From NCBI RefSeq assembly GCF_965216485.1, contig NZ_OZ244162.1:865385-929384 (forward strand): a stretch of 64,000 bases of DNA, in the 5' to 3' direction. Every line of letters begins with the position of its first letter. Position 1 is the stretch's first letter. Source of the stretch: Algiphilus sp. Its GTDB lineage: Bacteria; Pseudomonadota; Gammaproteobacteria; Nevskiales; Nevskiaceae. The notes under the pieces are model-generated. The model was not told the origin of the DNA, did no database searches, and worked only from the letters and a program-made list of their open reading frames with translations. The position numbers and the translations under genes were made by a program. Below are positions 56,318 through 64,000 of this stretch, one piece after another.

Positions 56318-59300
56318 GAGACGAGCGGAGACGCTACGTCCTCCAGCTCGCGTTGCAGCACGTTGGCATGGTCTTCTGCGCCAAAGGCACGGAATTGCGC
56401 CACCGCACTGCGCAGCAACGCGTGGCGCTGTGTGGGGTCCACATCCGGCAACTGTGCGCGCAGGCACTGGCTGAGCGGCACGAAGAGCGTGGCGCCGGTC
56501 GTCTCCACGAGGGCGTCGAGGGCATCCAGTTGGTGCTGCGCACCGGCATGATCGTCGACGGCGAGCAGGATTTTCGCGTAGATCCAGCGTACACGACACT
56601 CCCAGGTGCGCGTGTGCGTCTGCTGCGCGGAAGACAGCGCCTGTTCGGCAGTGGCACGTGCATCCTCCACGCGTTCAAGGTGCAGATAGGCTTGGGCAAG
56701 ATCGGCCAGATGCAGGGCCTCGAACTGGTGGGCAGCCTCGCCAGAAGCCACCTTGTCGCGATGCGCTTCAAGAGTTTGGGCTGCCTCCTGCCACTGTCCC
56801 TGCAGGCCAAGTGCCACGCCCAATGCCCGGTAGGCGAAGGCCAGGAAGAAGGGGCTGCCAAAGCGTTCGGCGCGCTCCACAGCGATGCGTGCTTCGCGCA
56901 TCGCCATTGCGGGCTGTTCGGTAATGCGCGCGATCTCAACCAGGGTGCCGTGCATCCAGCTGACGGTATGCCCGGTCTCACCCTCGACGGCAATGGCCTG
57001 CCGTAGTTCACGTTGTGCTTCGTCCAGCGCACCTTGATTGATGAGGATGAGCGCCCGAAAGGCCCGCGAGAGGAAATTGCCCTCGTGGACGGGGCCCTCA
57101 TACCAAGGTGGCTTGCCCGGTTCGTTGAGCACGCTGATGGCTTCTTCCAGACGCCCGGCCGCAAAGAAGGCCAGCAGGATCGGAATGCGAAAGCGAGCGA
57201 CCAGATCCGCTCGCTGCATGCGGAAGGCGATCTCCAGCGCCTGTCGCGCCTGCGCCACGGCGACGTCGGCATCGCCCTGTTGCAGTTCGAGGCTGGCGCC
57301 GGCAATCAGCAGCTCCGCGAGTACCGGTTGATCGTCGTGACGACGTGCCAGTGCCAGGCCTTCCTCGTAGGCCTTGGCACTCTCGCCGGGCGGGATGCGC
57401 AGCAGGGAGGCCGTGCGCACGATACCGGCGCGGGCGATGGCGGCAAGGCGGTCGCGTTCTGCTCCAGGCGCAATGGCGTCGGCCTGTTCTGCGGCCCTGC
57501 GATAGCGGGTCATGGCGTCGCTGGAGGCACGCACCGTGCCCTCGTAGACCGCCGCTTGAATCTGCCAGTGCAGCGCCTTCAGAGGCGCTTCGGCACAGTG
57601 CCAGTGATGCGCCAGCAGCAGGCTGCGTTCGTCCATGCCCTCGGGCGCCACTTTGGCTTCGATGAGACTGGCCAGACGCGCGTGGATGGCGCTGCGCTTT
57701 TCGCGCAGCTGGGCGCGATAGGCCACTTCCTGGGTAAGGGGGTGCCGGAAATGCCATTCGTCGTCCGCGTTGCCGGCGCGCATGAAGCCGCCTTGCTCGA
57801 GACGGTCCATGGCACGGTCGATGGCCGTTTCGGGCCAGTCCAGCAACTCGGCGAGCTGCTCCTTGCAGAAATCCTTGCCGATGACGGCTGCGTGTGAAAG
57901 CAGGGTCTTGTCCGTGTCGGGCAGGCGGTCGATGCGCGCCGCCAGCAACGCCTGGACGGTATCCGGAATCACGATTTCCGGGGCCGCTTCACGCAGGTGG
58001 TACGCACCGGCCTCGCCCTCCAGATAGCCCTGCTCGACGAGGCTGCGCGCCGCCTCTTCTACAAACAGAGGATTGCCCGCCGCCTGCTGGGCCAGGCGCT
58101 GGGCGATGGGGGTCAGCTCGGCGGTGTCGCCCAGCAGTTCAGTGGTCAGCGCGTGCATTTCCTCCGCCGACAGGGCCTCGAGATGAAGCTGCGCGCGCGG
58201 CGGGAAGGGGAGCCAGTCGACGCCTTCGCCGGCGCGGTAGTTGAGCAGCATCAGCGTCGGGCTGTTGGGGATGGCCTGCGCCAATTCCGCAAAGAACTGC
58301 TGGCTGGCGCGATCGGCCCAGTGCACATCCTCGACCACCAGCAGGCGCGTCTGTGTCCCTTCGGTGAGCAGCGCACGCGCCAGCGCCAGCAGGTGTTCCT
58401 GGCGGCGTTCGGGCGGGATGGTCGAGGGCGCGGCGTCGCGCTCGGCGACGTCGAGCAGTTCGAACAGAAGGCGCATGCTCTCGCGGCACTGGTGCCCATG
58501 CATGGCGTAGGTGCCGGCGATCTTGCGCCGCTGCTCCGCCGGACTGTCGCTGTCATCGATGCCGAACAGGCTTCTCAGCAAGGCCAGCACCGGGTACATC
58601 GGCAGGGCCGCGGCGTAGGGCACGCAGGCGCTGGTGTAGACCGGGATGTCGCGCGCGGCGGCATCTTCCTGAAGCTCCCAGCAGAGTCGGCTCTTGCCAA
58701 TGCCCGCTTCTCCGGTGACCGCAACGACGCCGCCATCGCCGCGCTGGGCGTCGGTCAAGGCCTGTTCCAGGCGTTGGCGCTCCGCCTGGCGTCCAATGAA
58801 GCGCGACAGGCCGCGCTGGCGCGCCCGTTCCAGCCGGGAATGCAGCCGCCCCAGACCTTCGAGCTCGTAGACGCCGACGGGTGTACTCAGCCCCTTGACC
58901 GTCATGGCGCCGAGATCGCGCAGCCGGACATAGCCCTCGACCTGCTGTGCGGTGTCGCGGGTCAGATAGATGCGACCGGACTCGGCAATCTGCTCCATGC
59001 GCGCGGCCAGGTGCACGGTCTGCCCCTTGGCGGTGTAGTCCATGCGCAGATCGTCGCCAATCTTGCCGACCACCACTGCGCCGGAATGCATGCCCATGCG
59101 CAGGCCGAGATTGAGGCCGCTGGACAGGCGCAGACCGTCCGCAAAGCGGCGGAAGGCGGCCTGGATGTCGAGGGCGGCGCGGCAGGCGCGCAGGGCATGG
59201 TCCTCGTGCGCGATGGGTGCGCCGAACAGCGCCATGATGCCGTCGCCGGTGTATTGGTTGACCGTGCCCTCGTAGCGATGCACCGCGCTGCCGAGCAGTT

Positions 59301-59643
59301 CGAAGCAGCGGTCGAGGATGTGATGCCATTGCTCGTCGTCCACCGCTTCCGCCGCGGCGGTGGAGCCGCGCAGGTCGGCAAACAGTACGGTAACGGTCTT
59401 GCGTTCCCCCTCCAGCGCGCTGCGCGAGGTCAGCACCTGTTCGGCCAGATGGCGCGGCGTGTAGTCCCTGTGCGCCTTGTCGGCCGATGTGGTCTGCAGG
59501 CGGTTGCCGCACTGGTTGCAGAAACGCGCCTGCGGCGGGTTGTGGTGTCCGCACTGCGGGCAGGCAGCTTGCAGAGCGCCGCCGCATTGCAGGCAGTAGC
59601 GCGCGTCTTCCGCATTGTTCTGGTCGCAGGAGGGACACTGCAT
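56314..59643 (-). CDS. Double zinc-ribbon / class III adenylate-guanylate cyclase / AAA(STAND) ATPase / TPR multidomain protein
   Basis: N-terminal CPSCDQ...CLQCG...CPQCGH...CNQCG. Cyclase core KTVTVLFADLRGST...YTGDGIMALFGAP. P-loop VTGEAGIGKSRL. Long C-terminal helical-repeat region. 1109 aa. Confidence 0.85.
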   Translation of the reverse strand: MQCPSCDQNNAEDARYCLQCGGALQAACPQCGHHNPPQARFCNQCGNRLQTTSADKAHRDYTPRHLAEQVLTSRSALEGERKTVTVLFADLRGSTAAAEAVDDEQWHHILDRCFELLGSAVHRYEGTVNQYTGDGIMALFGAPIAHEDHALRACRAALDIQAAFRRFADGLRLSSGLNLGLRMGMHSGAVVVGKIGDDLRMDYTAKGQTVHLAARMEQIAESGRIYLTRDTAQQVEGYVRLRDLGAMTVKGLSTPVGVYELEGLGRLHSRLERARQRGLSRFIGRQAERQRLEQALTDAQRGDGGVVAVTGEAGIGKSRLCWELQEDAAARDIPVYTSACVPYAAALPMYPVLALLRSLFGIDDSDSPAEQRRKIAGTYAMHGHQCRESMRLLFELLDVAERDAAPSTIPPERRQEHLLALARALLTEGTQTRLLVVEDVHWADRASQQFFAELAQAIPNSPTLMLLNYRAGEGVDWLPFPPRAQLHLEALSAEEMHALTTELLGDTAELTPIAQRLAQQAAGNPLFVEEAARSLVEQGYLEGEAGAYHLREAAPEIVIPDTVQALLAARIDRLPDTDKTLLSHAAVIGKDFCKEQLAELLDWPETAIDRAMDRLEQGGFMRAGNADDEWHFRHPLTQEVAYRAQLREKRSAIHARLASLIEAKVAPEGMDERSLLLAHHWHCAEAPLKALHWQIQAAVYEGTVRASSDAMTRYRRAAEQADAIAPGAERDRLAAIARAGIVRTASLLRIPPGESAKAYEEGLALARRHDDQPVLAELLIAGASLELQQGDADVAVAQARQALEIAFRMQRADLVARFRIPILLAFFAAGRLEEAISVLNEPGKPPWYEGPVHEGNFLSRAFRALILINQGALDEAQRELRQAIAVEGETGHTVSWMHGTLVEIARITEQPAMAMREARIAVERAERFGSPFFLAFAYRALGVALGLQGQWQEAAQTLEAHRDKVASGEAAHQFEALHLADLAQAYLHLERVEDARATAEQALSSAQQTHTRTWECRVRWIYAKILLAVDDHAGAQHQLDALDALVETTGATLFVPLSQCLRAQLPDVDPTQRHALLRSAVAQFRAFGAEDHANVLQRELEDVASPLVS

Positions 59644-59736
59644 CAGCGACTCCGCCGGTGGCGACGGCGCCGTGCCGTCACCGCGCTAGCCTGACATGCC
59701 CCAACGGCGTAGTCGAGATGTCTAGGCCGCGACGCG

Positions 59737-60192
59737 CTAGTGGAGGACGGCGCGCTGCAGGGGTGGCTCGTCGAAGGGCAGATTCATGAAGCGGCGAAAG
59801 AAGGCGCCGTGTTGCCGGGTGTCGACCAGAGTTTGCAGGCACTGCTGCGCCCATTGCGCAGCCGGGCCGTCCATGGCGGGGGCGAGCCGGCGGACGGTGC
59901 AGCCCAGCGCGAAGCGCGCCTTCTCGTGCTCGCCGTACTGCGTGAAGCTTTCCGCGAGATAGATGCCGGAGAGGGTGACCTTGGTGACACCGAGTCGCGG
60001 ATCGACGATGCCCTCGCGCAGCGCCGCCGCCAGCAGATCGAAGGCGCATCCCACGTAGGGAATGGCCTCGCGCCAGCGACGGAGTTCATAGTGGGATCCG
60101 GCGCTGGCCATCCAGTCGAACCAGGTGGCGGTGATGGTTTCGGCCGGTTCGCTCAACAATGCATTGCGGTGCGTGGGGCAGAGGAAATGCAT
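59737..60192 (-). CDS. Hypothetical protein (about 151 aa, predicted all-helical), upstream of the cyclase gene
   Basis: ORF on the same strand as the cyclase, with third-position GC bias typical of coding sequence here. I recognised no family. I prefer the start at the internal ATG (MHFLCPTH), because the upstream part runs into the promoter and palindrome region. Confidence 0.4.
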   Translation of the reverse strand: MHFLCPTHRNALLSEPAETITATWFDWMASAGSHYELRRWREAIPYVGCAFDLLAAALREGIVDPRLGVTKVTLSGIYLAESFTQYGEHEKARFALGCTVRRLAPAMDGPAAQWAQQCLQTLVDTRQHGAFFRRFMNLPFDEPPLQRAVLH

Positions 60193-60226
60193 GGGGTACC
60201 TGTTCCTGGGTGGTCTCGGAACAGTA

Positions 60227-60243
60227 ATGCGAATCGTTCGCAT
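60227..60243. promoter_or_regulatory. 17-bp palindrome upstream of the hypothetical ORF/cyclase pair (candidate operator)
   Basis: ATGCGAA-tcg-TTCGCAT, perfect 7-bp arms, 35 nt upstream of the ATG at 60192. It is adjacent to a second inverted repeat, CTGTTCC-N11-GGAACAG (60200-60224). Confidence 0.3.
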
Positions 60244-60258
60244 ATGCAAACAAAGCGC

Positions 60259-60289
60259 AAAAAGAGACCCGCAGTTTTGGCTGCGGGTC
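60259..60289 (-). terminator. Rho-independent terminator of fpr
   Basis: On the minus strand, GACCCGCAG-ccaaaa-CTGCGGGTC (9-bp stem) is followed by TCTCTTTTTGCGCTTTGTTT, 32 nt after the fpr stop. Confidence 0.75.
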
Positions 60290-60320
60290 GCGTGCTGCCG
60301 CGTCTTCTTTTTGCTGGGAG

Positions 60321-61097
60321 CTAGTGCTCCACGAAAGCGCGTTCGAAGACGTACTGACCGACGTCGCCGATGTGCTTGGACTGCTGGAAGCCGCGCTCGT
60401 CCAGGATGTCGCGGAACTCGGCGAGCATGCTTGGGCCGCCGCAGATCATGGCGCGGTCGTTCTCCGGATCCAGTGGCGATAGGCCCAACTCGCGCTGAAT
60501 GGTCCCGTCGGTCAGATGCTGGGTGAGGCGGCCTTCGTGCTTGAAGGCTTCGCGGGTCACGGTGGGGAAGTAGTGGAACTGCTCGCGGATGATGTCGCCC
60601 AGCAACTCATGCTCGCGCAGGTCGTGCTCCAGGTAGTCGCGATAGGCCAGGTCGGCGACGTGGCGCACGCCATGGCAGAGCACCACATGGTTGAAGCGTT
60701 CGTAGGTGCGCGGGTCCTTGATGATCGACAGGAAGGGGGCGAGCCCGGTACCGGTGGCAAGCAGATACAGATTCTCACCCGGGTGCAGATCGTCGATCAG
60801 CAGAGTGCCGGTGGGCTTTTTGCTGAGCAGGATTTCGTCGCCGGGCTCCAGGTGCTGCAGGCGTGAGGTCAGAGGGCCGTCAGGCACCTTGATGCTGAAG
60901 AACTCCAGGGTGTCCTCCCAGTTGGCGCTGGCGACGGAGTAGGCGCGCATCAGCGGCTTGCCGTCGACTGGCAGGCCGACCATCAGAAATTGCCCGTTTT
61001 CGAAACGCAGGCTCGGATCACGCGTGGTGGTGAAACTGAACAGGCCGTCGTTCCAGTGACGGACGTCGAGTACTTCTGCGTTTAAGAACTTATTCAT
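60321..61097 (-). CDS. fpr: Ferredoxin--NADP(+) reductase
   Basis: Start moved to MNKFLNAEVL. Motifs RAYSVAS (FAD binding), LLATGTGLAPF (NADP binding) and the C-terminal YVFERAFVEH. 258 aa. Confidence 0.9.
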   Translation of the reverse strand: MNKFLNAEVLDVRHWNDGLFSFTTTRDPSLRFENGQFLMVGLPVDGKPLMRAYSVASANWEDTLEFFSIKVPDGPLTSRLQHLEPGDEILLSKKPTGTLLIDDLHPGENLYLLATGTGLAPFLSIIKDPRTYERFNHVVLCHGVRHVADLAYRDYLEHDLREHELLGDIIREQFHYFPTVTREAFKHEGRLTQHLTDGTIQRELGLSPLDPENDRAMICGGPSMLAEFRDILDERGFQQSKHIGDVGQYVFERAFVEH

Positions 61098-61336
61098 TGG
61101 ATAATTTTCGGCGTAATGCTTAAGTCTTATATTGTATGGGAATGGATCGCAATTCAATCCCCCGTCTAGACGAGGTCGTGGCGTCGCATCGCGCACCCTT
61201 GCCAGATATGCGAGCCTGAAGCCGAGTCGCCGTGGGGCCTGCACGGCCGCGCGTCGCTATCATGGCGCGCGCTTTCGGTACGTCATCTGACTTTTGAAAT
61301 GCCGCTTTGTTCTTTGCCACCCGATTTCGAGGACGC

Positions 61337-62032
61337 ATGACCCGCTGCCTGCACGCCATCCGCCATGTCGCCTTCGAGGACCTCGGCAGTCTCGAAGCAC
61401 TCGCGCATGCGCGCGGCTTCAACGCGCAGTACACCGAGGCCGTCGACCTGCCCAGAGACGGCTTCGCCTGGGACACTGTGGACCCCGTGGTCGTGCTTGG
61501 CGGGCCGATCGGGGTCAACGATGCGGCGGACTATCCCTGTATCAATGAGGAGCTTGCGGGCCTGCGCCGTCGGCTGTCGCACGGTCTGCCCACGCTGGGT
61601 ATCTGTCTCGGCGCGCAGCTCATGGCCGCCGCGCTGGGCGCGCAGGTGCGCGCCACCGGGCGTCAGCACGTTGGCTGGTGGGCGCTCGAGGGCATCGCCG
61701 CGGATGCGCCGCTGGCTCCGCTCCAGAATCTGCCGGTATTGCACTGGCACGGCGATACCTTTGATGTGCCGCGCAATGCCCGACGACTGGCAGCAACGCC
61801 ACAGGTTCCCAACCAGGCCTTTTCGATGGCCGATCACGCCATTCTCGGCTTGCAGTTCCATCTGGAAATCACGCCGCGGGCAATGGAGCAATGGCTCATT
61901 GGCCATCGCAGCCAGCTCGGACACATGGGACTGTCGCCGGCCGAGCTGCGCGCGCAGACCGCGCAACACGGTGCGGCGCTGGAGCACGCTGCGCACCGCA
62001 TTTTCGGCCCCTGGCTGGACGCGGCACGGTGA
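61337..62032 (+). CDS. Class I glutamine amidotransferase-like protein (GMP synthase N-domain-like)
   Basis: Motifs LGICLGAQLMAAALG (nucleophile Cys elbow) and HWHGDTF...GLQFHLE (His/Glu). Confidence 0.8.
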   Translation: MTRCLHAIRHVAFEDLGSLEALAHARGFNAQYTEAVDLPRDGFAWDTVDPVVVLGGPIGVNDAADYPCINEELAGLRRRLSHGLPTLGICLGAQLMAAALGAQVRATGRQHVGWWALEGIAADAPLAPLQNLPVLHWHGDTFDVPRNARRLAATPQVPNQAFSMADHAILGLQFHLEITPRAMEQWLIGHRSQLGHMGLSPAELRAQTAQHGAALEHAAHRIFGPWLDAAR

Positions 62033-62925
62033 GTGCTCTGCTGCTGGTTGCCGCCTGCCTGGCGGCGGGCGTGCTGGTGGCGCGCCTGCCCCATCCAGCG
62101 GGACTGGTTGCCGCTTTCAACTGGTGGGTGCTGAACATCGCACTCCCGGCGCTGGTGCTGGTGCAGATCACGCAGTTGCAGTGGTCGGCAAGCCTGCTGT
62201 GGCCTGCCGTGGCCATGTGGCTGGTTTTTGGCGGCGCGTGGCTGTACGTCGCGCTCCTTGGGCGCGTGGCGGGCTGGCAGCGTGGGGAGATTGGTGCGCT
62301 GGTGCTCACCTGTGGTCTCGGCAATACCTCCTTCATCGGCTATCCCTTGATCGAGGCCTTGCGCGGCGAGACGGGCCTCGGTATCGCCGTGGTGGCCGAT
62401 CAGCTGGGGAGTTTCCTGCTGCTGTCCACGCTTGGGCTGTTCGCTGCGGCGTGGTACGCGGGAACGCACGTGGCGCCGCGTCAGATGCTGCGTCGAGTCG
62501 TGACCTTTCCCGCCTTTATCGCCCTCGTCGTCGCGGGCCTGTTGGTTGCCGGCGGCATCGAGCTCAGCGAAACCGTGCGCGGGGTGCTTGGTCGCCTCGG
62601 GGATACGCTGACGCCGCTGGCGTTGTTTTCGGTGGGGCTGCAACTGCAGTTGCGCATGCGTCGCGAGGATGCTTCGCGCGTTGCCGGGGGGCTGGCCTGG
62701 AAGCTTGTGCTGGCACCGCTCATGGTGCTCGCGGTGACCCTTTGGATCGCCCCCGATGCCACAGTGGCCGCGGTCACCGTCATGCAGGCGGGTATGGCAC
62801 CCATGATCACGGCCGGCATTCTGGCGCAGCAGTATGGCCTCGCCCCCGTGCTTGCCAATCGCGTGGTGGGTTATGGAATCGTGCTGTCGCTGGCCTCTGT
62901 GCCCTTCATTCACTGGATGATGTAG
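62029..62925 (+). CDS. AEC (auxin efflux carrier) family transporter
   Basis: The GTG start overlaps the upstream stop (GTGA). Polytopic membrane protein of about 298 aa, with GLGNTSFIGYPLIEAL and MAPMITAGILA motifs. Confidence 0.8.
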   Translation: MSALLLVAACLAAGVLVARLPHPAGLVAAFNWWVLNIALPALVLVQITQLQWSASLLWPAVAMWLVFGGAWLYVALLGRVAGWQRGEIGALVLTCGLGNTSFIGYPLIEALRGETGLGIAVVADQLGSFLLLSTLGLFAAAWYAGTHVAPRQMLRRVVTFPAFIALVVAGLLVAGGIELSETVRGVLGRLGDTLTPLALFSVGLQLQLRMRREDASRVAGGLAWKLVLAPLMVLAVTLWIAPDATVAAVTVMQAGMAPMITAGILAQQYGLAPVLANRVVGYGIVLSLASVPFIHWMM

Positions 62926-62929
62926 CCCG

Positions 62930-63886
62930 ATGAGCACGGCAATCATTGGCGCCGGGCCCTGCGGCCTGGTTGCCGGCCGCTTGTTGCAGGCTGCGGGCGA
63001 GCCGGTCGTGTTGTTCGACAAGGGGCGTGGCTTCGGGGGGCGCATGGCCACGCGTCGGCATGCGTCGGGTTGCTTCGATCATGGCGTGCCGGGCTTCCGA
63101 ATGAATGATGCGGGCTGGAATGCCACTCTGGCGCGATGGCATCAATGTGACGTATGCGCGCCGGTGGAGCTTGGCGGGATCCAGCACTGGACCGGCGTGG
63201 GCGGCATGTCGGCCATCGGTCGCTGGCTGGCGCGTCCGCTTGAGGTGCGTCGCGCCACGCATGTGGCTGCCGTGTCCTCCGAGGGCGAGCTGTGGGATGC
63301 TCAGCATCAGTCGCTGGGGCATTTCGACCGCGTGGTGATCACGGCGCCTGCGCCGCAGGCGGCGGAATTGGCAGACAGAGCCGCACCCGACTGCATCGCG
63401 TCACTGCGCCAGGTGCACTATGCCCCCTGCTGGACCCTGATGGTCGGTCTGCGCCGGCCGCCGAAGGCCGTGGGGGCGGTGCCGCAGCCACTGGCTCAGG
63501 TCATTCGTGAAACCACCAAGCCGGGTCGCGGGCACACCGGGGAGTGCTGGGTGGCGCACGCCGATTCGGCGTGGAGTACAGCCCACCTTGAGGCGTCGGC
63601 GGACTGGGTGCAGTCCATCCTGTGGGACGCGTTCCAGGGCATAGTCGGAATGGGGCATCGCGATGCCATGCATGTAGCCACGCACCGGTGGCGCTACGCG
63701 CGTGTCACGCGTCCGCTAGAAGGTCCCGGCTATCTCGCCAGCCCACAGGCGCCAATTTTCTTCGCCGGTGACTATTGCCTGGGCGACGGTGTGGAATGCG
63801 CCTTTCGTTCTGCCGAGGCGGTGGCGGCGGCCGTACTCACCACCACCGGCCGCTTTCCTCAGGGCGACACCGCGATTCCAAAGTAG
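62930..63886 (+). CDS. NAD(P)/FAD-dependent oxidoreductase (renalase-like)
   Basis: N-terminal IIGAGPCGLVAGRLL...VLFDKGRGFGGRMATRR dinucleotide-binding motif and C-terminal FFAGDYCLG. Confidence 0.8.
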   Translation: MSTAIIGAGPCGLVAGRLLQAAGEPVVLFDKGRGFGGRMATRRHASGCFDHGVPGFRMNDAGWNATLARWHQCDVCAPVELGGIQHWTGVGGMSAIGRWLARPLEVRRATHVAAVSSEGELWDAQHQSLGHFDRVVITAPAPQAAELADRAAPDCIASLRQVHYAPCWTLMVGLRRPPKAVGAVPQPLAQVIRETTKPGRGHTGECWVAHADSAWSTAHLEASADWVQSILWDAFQGIVGMGHRDAMHVATHRWRYARVTRPLEGPGYLASPQAPIFFAGDYCLGDGVECAFRSAEAVAAAVLTTTGRFPQGDTAIPK

Positions 63887-64000
63887 CTGAGCGCGGCCCC
63901 GGCACTCAGGATCTGGCGCAGCCGCCAATAGTCGATGGCGTGCAGTCCGCGGCGTGCCATCCAGGCATCCATGCAAAAGAGGGCGGCGAAGAGGGCGGTG
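63859..64000 (-). CDS. 3' end of an unidentified, probably membrane, protein gene continuing beyond the window
   Basis: The minus-strand frame is open from the window edge and reads ALFAALFCMDAWMARRGLHAIDYWRLRQILSAGAALSYFGIAVSP-stop, with strong third-position GC bias. It overlaps the convergent oxidoreductase end by 28 nt. It is not in the ORF track because its start lies outside the window. Confidence 0.3.
   Translation of the reverse strand, partial: TALFAALFCMDAWMARRGLHAIDYWRLRQILSAGAALSYFGIAVSP

Noticed and set aside
56314-60192. The cyclase locus as a cyclic-nucleotide anti-phage system (Pycsar/CBASS-like).
   Set aside because: The cyclase is a class III domain embedded in a large zinc-ribbon/STAND/TPR regulator, not a compact defence cyclase or CD-NTase. 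The only neighbour is a small helical ORF with no visible cNMP-binding, TIR, TM-pore, nuclease or patatin effector features. No other defence genes or mobile elements are nearby.
61098-61336. GTCTAGAC and CTTAAG palindromes in the fpr/amidotransferase divergent region as specific operators, including a possible link to GTCTA...TAGAC at 51701-51714.
   Set aside because: They are 6-8 bp palindromes that occur by chance at appreciable frequency, with no second copy or spacing pattern to support them. I could not recognise a FinR/SoxR-type box.

Overview
High-GC proteobacterial chromosomal segment (by eye about two-thirds G+C, not computed). It is almost fully coding, with about 60 protein genes. 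I recognised no rRNA, tRNA, CRISPR array, integrase or transposase. The window opens with the conserved gammaproteobacterial block atpA(partial)-atpG-atpD-atpC-glmU-glmS. The rest is a paralog-rich accessory and metabolic region:
- two convergent Ntn-hydrolase acylases
- a TetR/haloalkane-dehalogenase operon
- a zinc-limitation island at 18.7-25.8 kb
- a TAT-subunit/GMC/ThuA dehydrogenase set
- two copies of a DUF3604 / HupE-UreJ-like / parvulin-like module
- three long GST-like paralogs
- an alkylsulfatase/rhodanese/TauE group
- a pirin-isochorismatase-pirin-LysR cluster
- a 1109-aa zinc-ribbon/class III cyclase/STAND-TPR protein
- fpr and a few transport and redox genes

Two regions deserve follow-up most.

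1. The putative Zur-controlled island. It has two Zur-box-like palindromes at divergent promoters. It encodes a MacB-type ABC transporter with tandem Ig-like/DUF3299 fusion lipoproteins, a MerC-family membrane protein and a His-tailed lipoprotein. It also encodes DUF1826 and a COG0523 GTPase placed divergently from a zinc-dependent (type IA) folE.

2. A module that occurs twice: cysteine-rich exported DUF3604 protein + long HupE/UreJ-like membrane protein + membrane-anchored parvulin-like PPIase. One copy carries a DUF1302-like outer-membrane protein. The other carries a GST-like protein and a double DsbA-like protein. I do not know of a described function for this module.

All family assignments come from motif recognition by eye. 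No database search was run.
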